This document shows, piece by piece, positions 1 to 13,730 of a DNA stretch of 64,000 nucleotides (the stretch's first letter is position 1; each line of letters starts with the position of its first letter). This DNA is from Eledone cirrhosa. Its lineage: Eukaryota. The position numbers and the translations under genes were made by a program. The notes beneath the pieces were generated by a model. It was not told where the DNA came from. It searched no databases and worked only from the letters and a program-made list of their open reading frames with translations. Location of the stretch: positions 194,618,001-194,682,000 of the forward strand of contig OZ024740.1 in assembly GCA_964016885.1 (NCBI GenBank), written 5' to 3'.

Positions 1-1950
1 ATTATGCCTCTATCTAGCTAAGGACTATATTGTACACTCCGACATTTAATTTATGGGATGTAGTGCGACTCTTGAACATATTGAATTCCTACTTTCTGCT
101 ATCCTCTCTACACCTGTAGGATTCGTGTTGAGGTGGAAAATATAAACTCAATCAAAGCTGACATCTGCTGTTTCTCTAAACCTCTCTGAAAGTGTTGTTA
201 TTGTGCATTACATTGACTGGTCAGCCTAACAAGTGTATTTTATTGTTTCGTAAGTGGGTATTGAGTATTTCTGTATGTATGTGTATCGGGAATTGGAGTT
301 AAAAGCTTTGCTAACGTTGACAGTGGCTGGAATGGTACATGTATGAGGATTTTGTCGAATCTATCGTGTATTTAGTGTGTTAGTTTTGAAATGGTATATT
401 CTAAATCCGTGTTATGATTTTAAAAGACAGTATTTAGGTTGTGATGTCAACGATTATTATCCTTTCTATATTTTTTTTTAATTGAGCATAGATGGCTAAT
501 TGTTCTTTATGGTGTTACTTTTCTTGTGTTTTTATAATGATACATAATGAAATTATTGTGTACAGTGCTCTATTATTGTGTACAGTGCACTACAACTCAT
601 CAAAGGTGCATGTATAGTATAGAATAATGTACAAATGTCAGGAAAATGAACTGTGTACGAATCATGAAATACATGTGTGCGTGTGTATGGAGGGGGGACA
701 TCAGGTGTAGTGTTGGCGAATCAGTGATGATGGAATCTGTTTCTAGATTATGTACGACTTTACTCTGCTTCTTGAATTGTATAGTATTTGTATGAGTAAT
801 TGTAGATTGGTAAGTGGCGTGATTCTCTCAGTCTCTAGATGTTTTATGTGTATTATTCTGTTAATTTGTTTAGCCTTGAGGCATTTGGGATTTTTTAGAT
901 TTCCTGGTTGTTGTTTGGGTGGCTGGGGAATACATGGATCCAAATTGCAGTGATGATGGAAGATGTGTTGTTTTTGTTTTGTATTTCTGTCTGCTTTGTG
1001 TGCTTTTATCACTGATTTTCGAGAAAGGAATGTATGATGAGAAAGTTTAGTTTGTTACAATGTGAGTACGTTATTTGAAGTTGTTTTTGAAACATAAAGT
1101 GAGGTGTGCCAGTTGTTTTTATTAATCATTAGTCTATATAGTGTTTTTCTTTTAGTTTTGCTGGATACACACGTTTGTCAGCTTTCTGTTGGATACAGTT
1201 TATTTATTATATTTCCTTGCTATTTTGCTGCATGCTAAGTTTTATTTCGTTTGCCACTGTTTCCACCAAGATTCGCTATATTTGTTGTTTAATTAGAGTT
1301 ATATATTGTTTTGTGAATGTTGCTTTTTGTGTCTGTAATCATTTTGTTGCTGCGGTGTCTATGTCGGTAATTGGGTTGTTGAATTGTAAAAGGTTTTTAT
1401 TCAGTTTCTTGGTGGAAGATATTCCGTTAAGGTGATTTTCAGGTTTGTAAAAGTGTTTTTGCATACTCCATAAATGTGCAGATGTGCTGTAATGTTAATT
1501 GGTTGGTGGTCGGAGGAATGTTAAGGAATAGTTGAAACTGATTGCTGTAGCTAGGTATGAGAAACAGAAAGGGGTGTCATGGAAGTGTTGTTCCGTCTCT
1601 ATACTATTTGAAAACCAGAAGTGTTGAATGCATTGACGTCTCTTCCAATTATGGTGTTTACGAGAGAGTTGAAAGGATTTAGTTAGGTTCCGTAACGTGG
1701 CGAGAGCTTGCTAAGGTTGGATCTGCCAGATATACGCTTCTTATTAACATGCTTTGCGTTGCTAGTTTATAATTTGAATGGATGCCTTTTAGTGTAGTAT
1801 CATTTCTTATTAGATAATGAATACCATTTGTCATATCGGTACACTGCATAAACGTTTTTGTGTATGCTATAAGATTAGTCCTGTTGTAAAAGGATCTGCC
1901 TAGTCTGACTGGAATATAATTTGAAATGGTGGATGTTCTGAATGAATATC
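1..1950 (-). mobile_element. Degenerate APE-type non-LTR retrotransposon (I/Jockey-like) ORF2 remnant, running off the window start
   Basis: Manual minus-strand translation gives broken motifs: IIGRDVNA (~1640, APE GDFNA-like), HGFR...VNVSKAFNS (~300-420, RT QHGFR/DISKAFD) and FKSRTTSHKLNVGV (~35-80, preceding GVPQG). Many stops and frameshifts. Confidence 0.65.
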
Positions 1951-2744
1951 ATGGGTAACGATAAAATCGTTGTTTTTTTTTATAAGGTGTTTTCTGTATC
2001 CTGTATACAAAGTATATTTGTGTTTGTGAAACGTTTATTGTTTATTGTCTTGTTTGTGAGTGAACCTGTGACAATGACTTAATAGAATACAGAAAAACAT
2101 TCGTATATCCGATCCAAAAGGAATCTCAGGCGGGTGCTTGAATACTTCATATATAAGACAAATATCCCTGAAATCATACCCAGCCATCTTAAAATATATA
2201 AGGTACATTGGTTAATCTTGTACTACATACATTGCCTAAAATGAGACAAAATTGTAACGCTTGGAACAACTTTGATCATAGATCTTCTTAATCAGAGCTG
2301 ATATAGGACTAAACAGTAGTTTCCATGTTCCGCACACCAATCACGTTTTTCAGATACTTTTCCTAATCCATCGTGTTAATTATCATATAGAGTCCAGACG
2401 ATATACACTTCCTGGCTTAACCGTATCAACTAAATTTATCTCTTTTGCGATTTTTCTTATCGCTGACCCTCCAATTTTGGGTTCTGCTTCAATGAGTATA
2501 TCTCACCTCCAATTACTATATTTAGACAGCAAAAGCTAGCAAGACCTGAGATACTTTTTTTTTTTGCCGTTACGATTCACATCTGTACGTGTTTAGCTAG
2601 CCTCGCATGAGGTTGAATCTCACAGGAGGTTTATTTTGTGTTTTAATGACATGGACCCCAGTTCTATCCTCACACCACTATCCGTGTGGCAGGAGATGAG
2701 ATTTAAACTCAGAGCGCACACTACCGCTCAACAAAATCCATAAA

Positions 2745-2895
2745 TGTCATCACAGAATGGTACTTCATTTACCGACCTAAAAAAATGAAACGCAAAGTTT
2801 ACTTCGTCAGGTTTTGAATTCAGTATGTAGAGACGTAGGCTAAGTACTGAAAGGCTTCTAATCTGACGCTCTAACAACTCAGCCAATTCGCCGTT
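2745..2895 (-). mobile_element. tRNA-derived SINE with Meta/MESC-like central domain
   Basis: Reverse complement resembles the better-preserved SINE at 17052-17270 (GTTCAAA B-box-like motif, then AACTTTGC.TTTCAT...GGTCG.TAAA.GAAGTACC). Confidence 0.6.
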
Positions 2896-3905
2896 TGTGA
2901 TGAACAAACGAGTTTGGCAATTAAATTAAATTGATTAACTGTTCTAATATATACCTGAACGATCCAAATATACAATCATATACTTGAGAAAATATAGGTT
3001 TTGACATCAAATTCCCATTTAACCCTTAATTGTATTGATTGTCTCTTCAAAATAACATTCGAAATAATTCACTCCCATTAATTATATTTCGAAATTTGCA
3101 ATCGAGTATTTTATAAAAACCAATAATATAAAAGTAAATGAAGCATTGCTAGAAAAGTAAGAATTTTGATTGCATTTGATGTTTTTATGGTGAGTGATTT
3201 GTCCTATTTTATTGGTGATATAATCCTGGTAATGCAGACAACACGGTACATTTGTAGTAGTGAGGTTTTCTCTTTACATATAAATGTAATTGCAACTCTT
3301 CAATGTCAAAAGAGCTGAATTATACGAGTGGCTGTTTATTAAAATACATGAAACTAAGATCGAAACTGTACGAGAAAATTAATGTTTTGATGTTTAACAT
3401 TGGCTAGCTAAATTTACAAGGAGGTTAGTGTTATTGAACTGCTGAATGATGTTTACTCTCTTGTTGATTGATCAATGTCAGAACTTGATTAAATTTACCG
3501 GTCTATTAGGAAATCCACCAAGAAACATGTAAAGAAATAAAATTTGATTACAAGAAAGGTTTCCGAAAAATAAACATCACTTCACTTAACTATTTTATTT
3601 AACTCTACGGAATATTCTTCTAAATACAAATGTTATTCTATAAGATAATATTGGTTTCTTTAGACTAGGTACAAAGATTCTATACCTTTTTAGAAATGAC
3701 ATGTGTGTTCGGACGTTCTTACTTTCTCCATGGGCTGCCAGAAGTAAGTGAATTTGTTTCATACACTGTTTGTTTGAAACTATTATCTTTTCAAATGTTA
3801 CGGAAGTTGCTATTTTCTCTCACGACTGTATATTAAGACTAGCAGAAGTACCCGGCGTTGCCCGGGTGTAAGTCGACTTTGCTCTGTTGTTAAAATGTGT
3901 GAATG

Positions 3906-4187
3906 TTACTTCCCGCGCATCACAGGTGCAACGTTGTTGTTGGGGTTCACGCTGTTGTTGGTGTTGTTATTGTCTACACCAAAGGAGGTCATCATGAAAC
4001 AGGAGTTGTATTTCCACATGTTACGGCGGAACGTTGTAGCCGTAGTGTCGTCACCTGTAAGTAGATTCAAAAGACCGTCTGGCGGGTCAGCCAATGCCTC
4101 TAGTTGCACCTTACCTCCTGCACAGCACATAGAAGGCACCTCGCCTGCCAACTTCATTGCATTGCAGGATGTACAAACATTATCCAT
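3906..4187 (-). pseudogene. Helitron RepHel N-terminal zinc-finger region fragment
   Basis: ORF reads CTSCNA...CCAGGKVQL...FRRNMWKYNSCFMMTSFG, matching the typical CxxC..CC..GK...F..NI..YN..F.MTS.G segment that precedes the Helitron Rep domain. Confidence 0.8.
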
Positions 4188-4334
4188 TTTGCCAATGGAA
4201 CCTGTAGGCAGAAGTCCGTAATCCTCAGAGGGGTTATATCTGAAGGCTGCTTTTGCCCAGCCTGAGCTCTTGGCAGCAATAGCTAATGTATGCCGGGAAC
4301 GTTTAGCAGCAATCCTATTGTCTCTGTCTGCCGT

Positions 4335-4600
4335 GGACTCCTCTGCAAGCGCTTGTTGACGACGAAGGCGAACCCCAGCAAGCCTCGTCTGACGGGATGT
4401 TGGTGACTCCTCTGCAAGTGCTTGTTGGTGACGAAGGCGAACGCCAGCAAGCCGCGTCGTACAGGATGTTGGTGACTCCTCCGCCAGCGCTTGTTGGCGA
4501 CGAAGGCGAACACCAGCAAGCCTCGTCGTACGTGATGTTGGTGACTCCTCCGCAAGCGCTTGTTGGCGACGAAGGCGAACATCAGCAAGCCTTGGTGACT
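4335..4600. repeat. 63-bp tandem repeat (~4 copies) inside the Helitron
   Basis: Unit GGTGACTCCTC.GCAAGCGCTTGTTGGCGACGAAGGCGAACACCAGCAAGCCTCGTCGTAC.GGATGTT recurs every 63 bp, preserving frame (21-aa repeat). Confidence 0.9.
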
Positions 4601-5095
4601 CAAACAGCCGGGAAAGACGTCTATCAGCGAGTCGAGATTCGCACTCAGCAGGTGTTTCCTAGAGAAAGTTAATTAATGCTACTGGTTAGCTAAGCCAAAG
4701 GCACTGTGCCAATAGTAAATGAGAAAAGTGTAATATGAACAAAAGGGAATCAAGGTAAGACAATAAATTTAATATAACTACGATTAGAATGTTGTAGTTG
4801 CTTAAAAGTGGTGACAGTTAGGATAAACGCAGTGCTTGCTAACATTAAGAGAGAATATTGCATAAAGGATTAACCAATTGTGAATGAACGCATACCTGAG
4901 AACGCCTAATTCGTCGTCTCAAAGCAGTAGCTGTATCATTTTTAGAGGTAAGACTTGAACGTTTCCGTGTGGGCATAACGACGTGTAACGAAGCTGTTAG
5001 GTTAGAGAGGGGTGATTAAGTACAGAGAGAGGTGACACCAGATTTGCTAGCATGGTTACTGGTGAATGGGAAGGTTTGAAAATATTATTATAACT

Positions 5096-5347
5096 CACTG
5101 AATTTTCCGGCCTATAAAGTGCAATTAAAATACCTAAATTTCATCAAAAGACAGCTCTGCGCTTTATACTCCGGTGAGCCTTATGTATAAATAAAAAATG
5201 GTAATCAATCACGGCTCTAACAGAAGTAATCGATCTAGACTAAAAGTAAAGAAGATAGCATTTTCCTGGTTGGCCTTACACGCCGTTGCGCGGACCTGAT
5301 GATACGCCTTATATCCCGGTGAGCCTTATAGAGCGGAAAGTACGGTA
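5096..5347. mobile_element. pogo/Tigger-like MITE nested in the Helitron
   Basis: Left end CACTGAATTTTCCGGCCTATAAAGTGC and reverse complement of right end TACCGTACTTTCCGCTCTATAAGGCTC form imperfect TIRs. Internal repeats of CCGGTGAGCCTTAT. Confidence 0.55.
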
Positions 5348-7194
5348 TCTATTGGAAAAGAATACGAATTCATGACCAAAGTGTGACAAAATTGGCGTCT
5401 ATACAGTGCCTGAAACAAACTTATCCAAAACCCTGGGATCTTTCTCGTTCAGTATCAACCCAAAAGGAACCGTTTCTTAGTTACAAAAAATAACCAAAGA
5501 ACAATATATTCAAAAAGTTTTCTAAAGTACATTCAATCTCTCTTTTTGACCGATGTCTTAATAAGCAAATTATCGATTTTTTTTATTAGCTGTCAGTGTT
5601 TATCTGCATGCAGGTGTGTACGTGTGCGCAATCAATTGCACTGCATGCAGATGGTCTATGACAATAATTAAAAAATTAAAGAACAATGAGAACCCTGAAT
5701 ATATGTTTTTAAAGCCTTTCATAAAGAAAGGCGTAGATTTGCATATTTCCACAATATTGTGTCATTGATAATTAAACTATGAATAATTGTCTGCCCTAAC
5801 TCTTAACGGTCTCATTTAACGCATCATTTATGAGTTTAAAAAAACTTTCTGAATGTTTGCAGCCTTGGAATAACTCCTAATGGATCTATTATTGTGGTAA
5901 TATCAAATTTCATTGAAATCGGACGAATTCTGAAAATATCGATTTTTGCCTCTGGGGGTCCGATTATCCAGTAGCCTATTCCAATCTACGGGTAGAGTTT
6001 TATATATGTGTCAAGTTTCATGAAAATCGGATGAACGGTGTAGCCTGCAAGTTCGGGACACCAAACAAACAAACAACGCCCAACTTCACATTATATATAT
6101 AGATTATTATATGTTCTTAAATATTAAATTATATTAAGAATGATAATGTCCATATCGATGGGATTTTGACATTTAGTATAGCAATGCTACTTTTGTCAAC
6201 TTCACTACCCCTGCAGCATAAAATGGAAAATGCCAACTTTTATAGTCGATTAAATCGGATCAATATATATATATTACTGGTATTTATTGTAGCGATAAAA
6301 TAAGGATGAGCGACAAGGGTTCGATCGAGTTAGACTTATACTCAGAGCTTGTAAAGATGGATCTAAAACATTCAAACCCGTATCTTACTACCTCACTACT
6401 TATACATATTACTGGTAGTTATTTTAACGATAAAATAAGGATGAGATTCAAGGATTCGTATAGAGTGAGGCATACACTCAGAGCGTGTAAAGATTGAACT
6501 AAAATATTTAGGTCGGTGTTTTACCACCTCACCACTTTCTTCAAAATACTATTTTATAGCGAAAGTAATTTATCTCATGTCTATATAGTCGCTAAAATAT
6601 GTTTAATGCTTCATATCTTAAAGTAGTTCAAATATATCTAAATGATTCGAATGCATCATTTACTGAACTTGAGGATAAACACACTGACGCGTGTTCAATG
6701 AACTGTAAGAAAAATTTGTTGTACAACCCATACCATTAATAATATCATATTTCGTTTCTATGATGGGAAATTATTTCAACTGGTTGAATGAATCAAACCG
6801 CCAGAAATTAATGCCTTACTGTACACAAAAATGTAAAATCCGGAACGTCAGAAAGATGGTGGTAGTATGTGTCGGCAAAAGCTAATCCATAAAACGTTCG
6901 TAGATAAAGATGAATTGCAGTGCATTGATTGCTGAAAAATCTAACGTTTTAGATACTTGTCCTTTGGAGTGATTTATAACTCCGCCGCAGAAACATTAAT
7001 GACACAAAATTAACACAAAAGATTACTCATGTATTATGCATGTATGCATAGTCTCGTAACTCCTGAGGTAGTCGTTGGGGCGCCGTATTGACACACAGCG
7101 TTCGTAAGGCATTTTATTTTAGACCTGACGGAGCCCATCCCTCTCCAGGTCTGAAAACAGCAGATTTCTTCCAAAGAAGTGAGAGAAAGGAAGT

Positions 7195-7378
7195 GAGAAA
7201 GATATATAGAGGACGAATCGACTTTAGTACTAGGCTGGTACTTTTTTTTATCGACCTGGAATGGATGAACGGTAAAGTTGACCTCAGCAGGATTAGAACT
7301 CAGAGAGCAGAGAGCCGAAATGAATACCGCAAAGCATTCTATCCGACGTTCTAACAACTCTGTTAATTCTCCGCCTCA
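7195..7378 (-). mobile_element. tRNA-derived SINE (Meta/MESC-like)
   Basis: Reverse complement contains GAGTTCTAATCC..GAGGTCAACTTTACCGTTCATCC...GGTCGATAAAAAAAGTACCAG. Confidence 0.7.
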
Positions 7379-9409
7379 CTCCTGTCTTGTGATAGAGAAT
7401 AGAAGACATTAAGACATGGATAATTCGATAAAGATCTTAGAATTCTGCACTATGAATTCTCGGATTCAATGTGCGACTTATATTTACTCCTCTGTTTAAA
7501 TCATCATGTCTGAGTACCTAGTCATCCAGTAGTTTTGCAAACTTGAAATCACCGATATACGAACGGTCTCAGGAAAACGTGTTTTCTACAACCAGGCTCC
7601 CGGCCAGGAAGGATAACACTGGCCCATGACGTATCGATACTGTTTATTCGGTTCCACAGTTTTTTGGAGATTACATGTAGAAGCGGTTTCGCAGCAGAGC
7701 CTAGCCACCAAATGAGCGCGACTTAGCCTCGTGAGTAACGGTAATTCATCAGTTGAGGTTTATTTCCTCTCCAGTAACAAAGATTCATCAAATATAAATA
7801 GCATTTAATCCCTCTTGTATAACAACAGTAGTCCTTGATCCAGCACTTCATCCTAACAATCCACGTATACTGTGAGATTTATGACCAAGTGAGGTTACTA
7901 AAGCTTAAATTCCCCACCCTTTATGCATAGTCGATCTCTACTCCCCACTGAACACTTTATATTCCAGCTTAACTCTGAAAAGAATCAACTTTCCCCAACA
8001 CTTAACTTACTCTCTCTGTCTCTCTTCCTTTCTTTCTCTCTGTATGTGTCTCCCTCGCCCTCTCTCTCTCTTTCTGTGTGTGCGTGTGCCTCAGTCTCTC
8101 CCTCTCTCTCTCTCTCATCAAAATCACCAAAAAAGATTCCCAGTTACTCTGGCTCATACTTTCATTTCCTCGTTCATACCTCTGTACCTGGGCATATGTA
8201 ATGACTGTAAATGTATTGACCGTTCTTATATCGATGGTGAACTAGCTGTGACACGACATATAATGTATATACTCCTTTATTACCGTGTGTTAGTGGTGTC
8301 ACTATCTCTTTCTTTCTCTCTCTCCCCCTCTCTCTCTCTATATATATATATATAGGGCGGGGGAGAGAGAGAGATAATTAGATAAAGAAAAGGGGAAGAG
8401 GCGATAAAAGAAGAGAAAATTGAAGCGAGGAATGTTAGCGTAGAGGTAGGAGTTACCTGTTTGACGAGGGAAGTAAAATCGATAACGGTTTAAACATCAA
8501 GTAGATGTTGTTTTTTTTCACTTACAGATTACCGAATTGATAACGATATCTATGATGAAATGTTTCTATTAAAATATGTGTAATTCTCTATTAAGCATTA
8601 GTTGTGAGGATTACAGACGGTTACTTACATCTTGAAATATCTAAATAAGATGAAATCCGTCATATTCTTGTATTGAAGTACTGCAACGAGATGCTAACTT
8701 CAAAGTTATTTGAAGTTTTGTTAGTTTTAACAGTTTTGCCAGTTCATTAGTGTTAAGTTACAAATGGAATGTAAGAAGTGGAATTTGATACGTAGATGCC
8801 ATAAATATATATTAGGTTTGGAGATTTACTAGTATAAATTGTTTCATTGGTTTATAAGTTCTTATGCCAAGATGTTGCAAGTTATAAGAGGATGGTACTA
8901 TTCAAAGCTTTCAAATGTGCAGAGCTGATAAACCTTGTTATTAGTGAATGGTTTGGGAATCAAATATTTTTACGTTTGTTTATAATTAATGCTGTTCGAT
9001 TTATGTCACCATATCTACATTAAAAGTGATATGTTAGTACATCTGGAGTCAGCAGCTACACGGGCGCTAGTTAAACCTTAATTTAAATGGATTAACGTTT
9101 AATTTGATGTATAAAGGGGAGTGGGTATTGATTTGAAAAGTAACACAATAGTCCAGTTCTTTAAGTTTTCTTTCGTCACCTTATGGGTACAATTCCGAGT
9201 TGTGATGTTGCGGTTAGAACTGACTGAATATAATTTTCATTGATTAAAGTTTTATATGGATTGTGCAAGGTTTTTGTTGTAGATAATTTAGATAATTTAG
9301 TGTAGATAATTTAGATAATTTGGTGTAGGTTTTGTTAAAAATCGGGTTTGTTGGGTATTTGTAGTAGATTCTGAAAATTGAGGTGTGTAAAAGTAGTTTA
9401 AAATCTATC

Positions 9410-9660
9410 TTAGCCTTGAGGCCAATGAGGCCAGTGCTTATCCTGGTTTGTGTGGTGTTAAGCAACTGTGAGTAGAAACCTCACCCCTGGAGAGGACGCT
9501 ATTCTATCGCAGATTTGAATCACTACAGTTGGTACTGTTTTTCAGCTGAATATACTGAAGCAACTGTTTTTCTCAAGAATTCAACACACAACACAGTCCA
9601 GGAATCGAAGCCATAACATTATGAACGTACATCAAACACACCATTAGGCTATGCGCCTCC
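9410..9660 (-). mobile_element. tRNA-derived SINE of the second (CORE-like) family
   Basis: Reverse complement shares TTCGATTCC, TCTTGAGAAAAACA and TTCAGCTGAAAA with the copies at 13505-13730, 45330-45670 and 54390-54720. Confidence 0.55.
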
Positions 9661-10485
9661 AATTGAGGAGACTATTTGTAAATTATGTGCTTTATTATAA
9701 CACACAGCAAAGCCCCTCCTCTTTCCATGTATTATTGAGTTTTGGTTCTCAATATATTGATTTATCTGGGAAGTTACTTCGATTAAAAGACTCGTTATAA
9801 TTTGAAACATCCTTAAATACTTATTCATCAGCTGAAAAGCTGGAAAACCTTAATATGTTTTTCACTAGACTATTGTTGATATTTTTGGTGATTTGAAAGT
9901 TTATAGATGTAATGGAGAGCTTCATTTGACTTTTTATAAGGTTTATACTGAGAATTGCCTAAGTTGAACGTAACATCCAGAACGTTTACAATTTTAGGTT
10001 ATAGTCCAATAGGAAATTCTAAATTTTTAAAAAGGGCATAGAGGGTTTTCAGAATATTTCTGACTTTAGCCGGTTAAAGTTGCACAGCCATTATAATATC
10101 TCGTATTTGTAGAATCTACCTGCAACAGCTGGAAATCAGGAATATAATTTATTTAAAATATATAAATCAATGATGACGTTAACTTCTGCAGAATTATTAG
10201 ATCCCCTTCCATGTCAAATTTTATATTCGAATGCCTTTTATGATTTATCGTTAAGAAAACAGATTTATTTTGCATGGAATGGGATGTTGAAATCTGAGTC
10301 TTTAATAGGTCTTATTTGTCTTGATAAATTGATATACGAATAATAATAAAACATTGGATCACAGCATTAGTGCTATTCCATAAAGTTAATACATGTTTAT
10401 AACGGTCTTTTATATAATAGTGTCTAAAATATGTTTTATGATAATACCTTTACGTTTTTCATTGAATTAATCAATCTAGCGATAA

Positions 10486-11205
10486 GCACCTGGGAAAGAA
10501 TACACTACACTAAATGATTTGGAAGTTCTCGAACGGTGTAAGTGCATGAGCATAGAGAGCATGATCTATCGGCATCGGTTGAGGTGGTGCGGCCACGGGG
10601 TCCAGATGTCTGATGATCTATTCCAAAGCTACTTCTCTACGGTGAACTGTGCGAGGGAATAGGAACACCACACAAAACAAAAATGCGGTACCGGGACTGT
10701 GTCAGGGCCACCTTGGCTTATGCTGGAATTTCATCTGATGAATCGGAAAATATGGCTGAGGAGCGTGTAAAGTGGAGACGTTTGATCAAGTCAGAACCTG
10801 AACACCTAACATTGAAAGGGAAGGTGAGGAAAAAGGACTGTTCTGAACTGCCTGCTGTTGAGCAACATCTGGTTTGCCAGCACTGTGGCCGAGTCTGCCT
10901 GAGCAAAGTTAGTTTGATTAGACATGAACGAAGTCATATGAGTAGACCTCATGTAGATTATGATCTGAAAAGGTGTAAGGAATGTGGCAAGGAATGTGCT
11001 AGCATGTGAGGTCTCAAAAGACACATGAGAACACACAGTCAGAACCAAGAAATGGAAATTCATAGAAGAGCCTACAATTGGTATGTGTTTGCCAGAGGGT
11101 GCAAGTCTTTGGCTGGTTTAAATAGCCACATTCGTACCTCACATTTTTTAGCATTTTATCGGGCGATGGAAATGCTCGAACACTCAGTTTGCAGCCATCA
11201 TGTAT
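10486..11205 (+). mobile_element. RTE-clade LINE 3' fragment with C-terminal C2H2 zinc fingers
   Basis: RHRLRWCGH..RM...LLLYGEL..G.R, then RYRDCVRATL...W.RLI, then CQHCGRVCLSKVSLIRHERSH and further CxxC...H fingers. Ends ...GCAGCCATCA + TGTATG. Confidence 0.8.
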
Positions 11206-11209
11206 GTGC

Positions 11210-11283
<74 letters not shown>

Positions 11284-11362
11284 GTTATATATACATATAT
11301 ATATATATTTATATATAATTTATATATATTTATATATATATATATATGTAATATATATATGT

Positions 11363-11418
<56 letters not shown>

Positions 11419-11420
<2 letters not shown>

Positions 11421-12676
11421 AAAAGAATGAAACGAAATTTCATTTCTCACTCTTATTACGGCTGTTACTTAAATGTAAGTATGTATGTATACGTACATAC
11501 ATATATTTATACAGACGTACAGTAGTATGTATACATATACATACATGCACACATATATATATATGTACGCATGGGTTTACCGAACATTTATTATAATGCT
11601 CGGTTTGTTTGTAGACAAACAGCCCGAATTACGCCGTACAGTGTTCAGGCAAACATCGTCACCTTATTGTTCAACACTGACACAGGAACGATGTACAAAT
11701 GTCAAGCTTATTAGCTATCATCAGCATCGTATACCTTTCTGTCAGATGATTGAACGTCTAAAAGTATATACGAGTACATCGTTCCTGTGTCAGTGTTGAA
11801 CAAAAAGGTGACGAAGGTTGCATGAACACTGTACGGCGTAATTCGTGCTGTTTGTCTACAAACACACCGAGCATTATAATAAATGTTCGGTAAATCCATA
11901 CGTACATATATATATATGTGTGCATGTATGTATATGTATACATACTACTGTACGTCTGTATACATATATGTATGTACGTATACATACTTACATTTAAATA
12001 ACAATCTTACTAAGAGTGAGAAATGAAATTTCGTTTAATTTTTTCCGTTTATCGTTTTCGGTGCACCCGGCCGATTAACCCACTCGATATGCAAATTGGG
12101 CTACTCAGCCGTTAATATGCATATTACGTTCAACAATCTGGCAGGAAGGTATACGTTGCTGACGATAGCTAATAAGTTTGAAACTAGTACAGCGATCCTT
12201 TGTCAGTGTTGAGCAAACGAGCAACGATGGTTGCTAGACACTACGGCTTAATACGGGATGTTTGTTTACAAACACATCGAGCATTATAATAAATGTTTGG
12301 TGAATCCATACGTACATATATATATGTGTGCATGTATGTATATATATATACATACTACTGTACGTCTGTATACATATATGTATGTACGTGTACATACTTA
12401 TATTTAAGTAACAGCCGTATTAAGAGTGGGAAATGAAATTTCGTTTCATTTTTTCCGTTTATCGTTTTCGGTAAACAAACATCCCGTATTAAACAAACGA
12501 GCAACGATGGTTACTAGACACTATGGCTTAATACGGGATGTTTGTTTACAAACACACCGAGCATTATAATAAATGTTCGGTGAATCCATACGTACATATA
12601 TGTATGTGTGCATGTCTGTATATATATATACATACTACTGTACGTCTGTATACATATATGTATCTACGTGTACATA

Positions 12677-12678
<2 letters not shown>
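11419..12678. mobile_element. Family A hammerhead repeat cluster (direct copy, inverted copy, tandem and partial copies) between (TA)n tracts
   Basis: Same ~460-bp unit as at 36444-37120 and 60259-61570. Orientation flips at ~11772. Confidence 0.85.
12154..12194 (+). ncRNA. Type I hammerhead ribozyme (family A)
   Basis: CGTTG-CTGACGA-TAGCTAATAAGTTT-GAAA-CTAG-TA-CAGCG. Stem I CGTTG/CAGCG, palindromic stem III, GUA cleavage triplet. Confidence 0.75.
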
Positions 12679-12723
<45 letters not shown>

Positions 12724-12731
<8 letters not shown>

Positions 12732-13152
12732 AGATCAAAAGATGGTTAAAGGAGTTCCATATATTTTATTATGCGCATTTCAAAAACAAACATCATCATG
12801 CAATAATATTTGTGTTTTCATCAGTTAAAACAGGAGAACATGATATGAAGGCTAAAAAACACTTGTGGATAGTGCAGTTTTAAATCAACATATCATGATA
12901 TGTTGATTTAAAACTGCACTATCCACAAGTGTTTTTTAGCCTTCATATCATGTTCTCCTGTTTTATCAAATGAAAACACAAATATTATTGCATGATGATG
13001 TTTGTTTTTGAAATGCGCATAATAAAATATATGGAACTCCTTTAACCATCTTTTGATCTTATATTATGCATACTCCAGTCCCACAAACTGTAGAGTGCTT
13101 CTTATCCGATATCTGCATTGCTTTATTGTACTACAATAAAACTCACCTCCTA
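12724..13152. mobile_element. Family D: 344-bp near-perfect palindrome (12724-13067) plus short unique tail, flanked by (TA)n
   Basis: Arms are reverse complements about TATCA|TGATA (12895/12896) with no spacer. Confidence 0.85.
12762..12832 (-). ncRNA. Type I hammerhead ribozyme (family D)
   Basis: Reverse complement: TGTTTTAA-CTGATGA-AAACA...TGTTTTT-GAAA-TGCGCA-TA-ATAAAATA. The mirror arm has the core mutated to CAAATGA. Confidence 0.7.
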
Positions 13153-13153
13153 C

Positions 13154-13185
<32 letters not shown>

Positions 13186-13201
13186 TATATATATATATAA
13201 T

Positions 13202-13236
13202 CTGAAGATCCGCTAAGGTGAAACAATTGTTCTCGG
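13202..13236 (+). ncRNA. Hammerhead core, 5'-truncated at a (TA)n tract
   Basis: CTGAAGA-TCCGCTAAGGT-GAAA-CAATTG-TT. The 5' strand of stem I is missing. The same GTGAAACAATTGTTCTCGG 3' half recurs at ~58274. Confidence 0.5.
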
Positions 13237-13402
13237 TATGGTGAACTAACTGGTGTGTAACCACTTCTCTATATATATATATAATATATATATATATTAT
13301 ATATATAATATATATATATATATAATATATATATATATTATATATATAATATATATATATAATATATATATATATATATACATATATATATACATATATA
13401 TA

Positions 13403-13433
<31 letters not shown>

Positions 13434-13442
13434 CATACATAC

Positions 13443-13499
<57 letters not shown>

Positions 13500-13504
13500 T
13501 ATAT

Positions 13505-13730
13505 CTTGGACCGGGTGATGTGTTGTTTCCTTGAGCAAGACACTTTATTTCACGTTGTCCAGTTTACTCAGCTGAAAATGAGTACCAGCAATAGCTGGAG
13601 GTTTAACCATGCGATGGACTGGCGTCCTGTCCAGGGGGGAGTCTTGTACTCTCAGTCGCTTCACGCCATGAAACCGGGATAAGCACCAGCTAAATGAGCC
13701 TTCTGGCTTAAGACAGACTTTAGACTTACG
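13505..13730 (+). mobile_element. tRNA-derived SINE (CORE-like family), 5'-truncated
   Basis: CCTTGAGCAAGACACTTTATTTCACGTTG.CCAGTTTACTCAGCTG...GCGATGGACTGGCGTCCTGTCCAGGGG, ending in short AGACT(T) repeats. Confidence 0.7.

Larger units (their letters stand above)
3839..6103 (-). mobile_element. Internally deleted Helitron
   Basis: Minus strand begins A|TCTATATATATAA (6103) and ends CCCGGGCAACGCCGGG hairpin + TACTTCTGCTAG|T (3839), i.e. 5'-TC...CTAG-3' inserted between A and T. Carries a RepHel N-terminal fragment. Confidence 0.85.

Noticed and set aside
11688-11730. Family A hammerhead in the first arm
   Set aside because: GAAA is mutated to GACA and stem III is disrupted, so it was not counted as intact.
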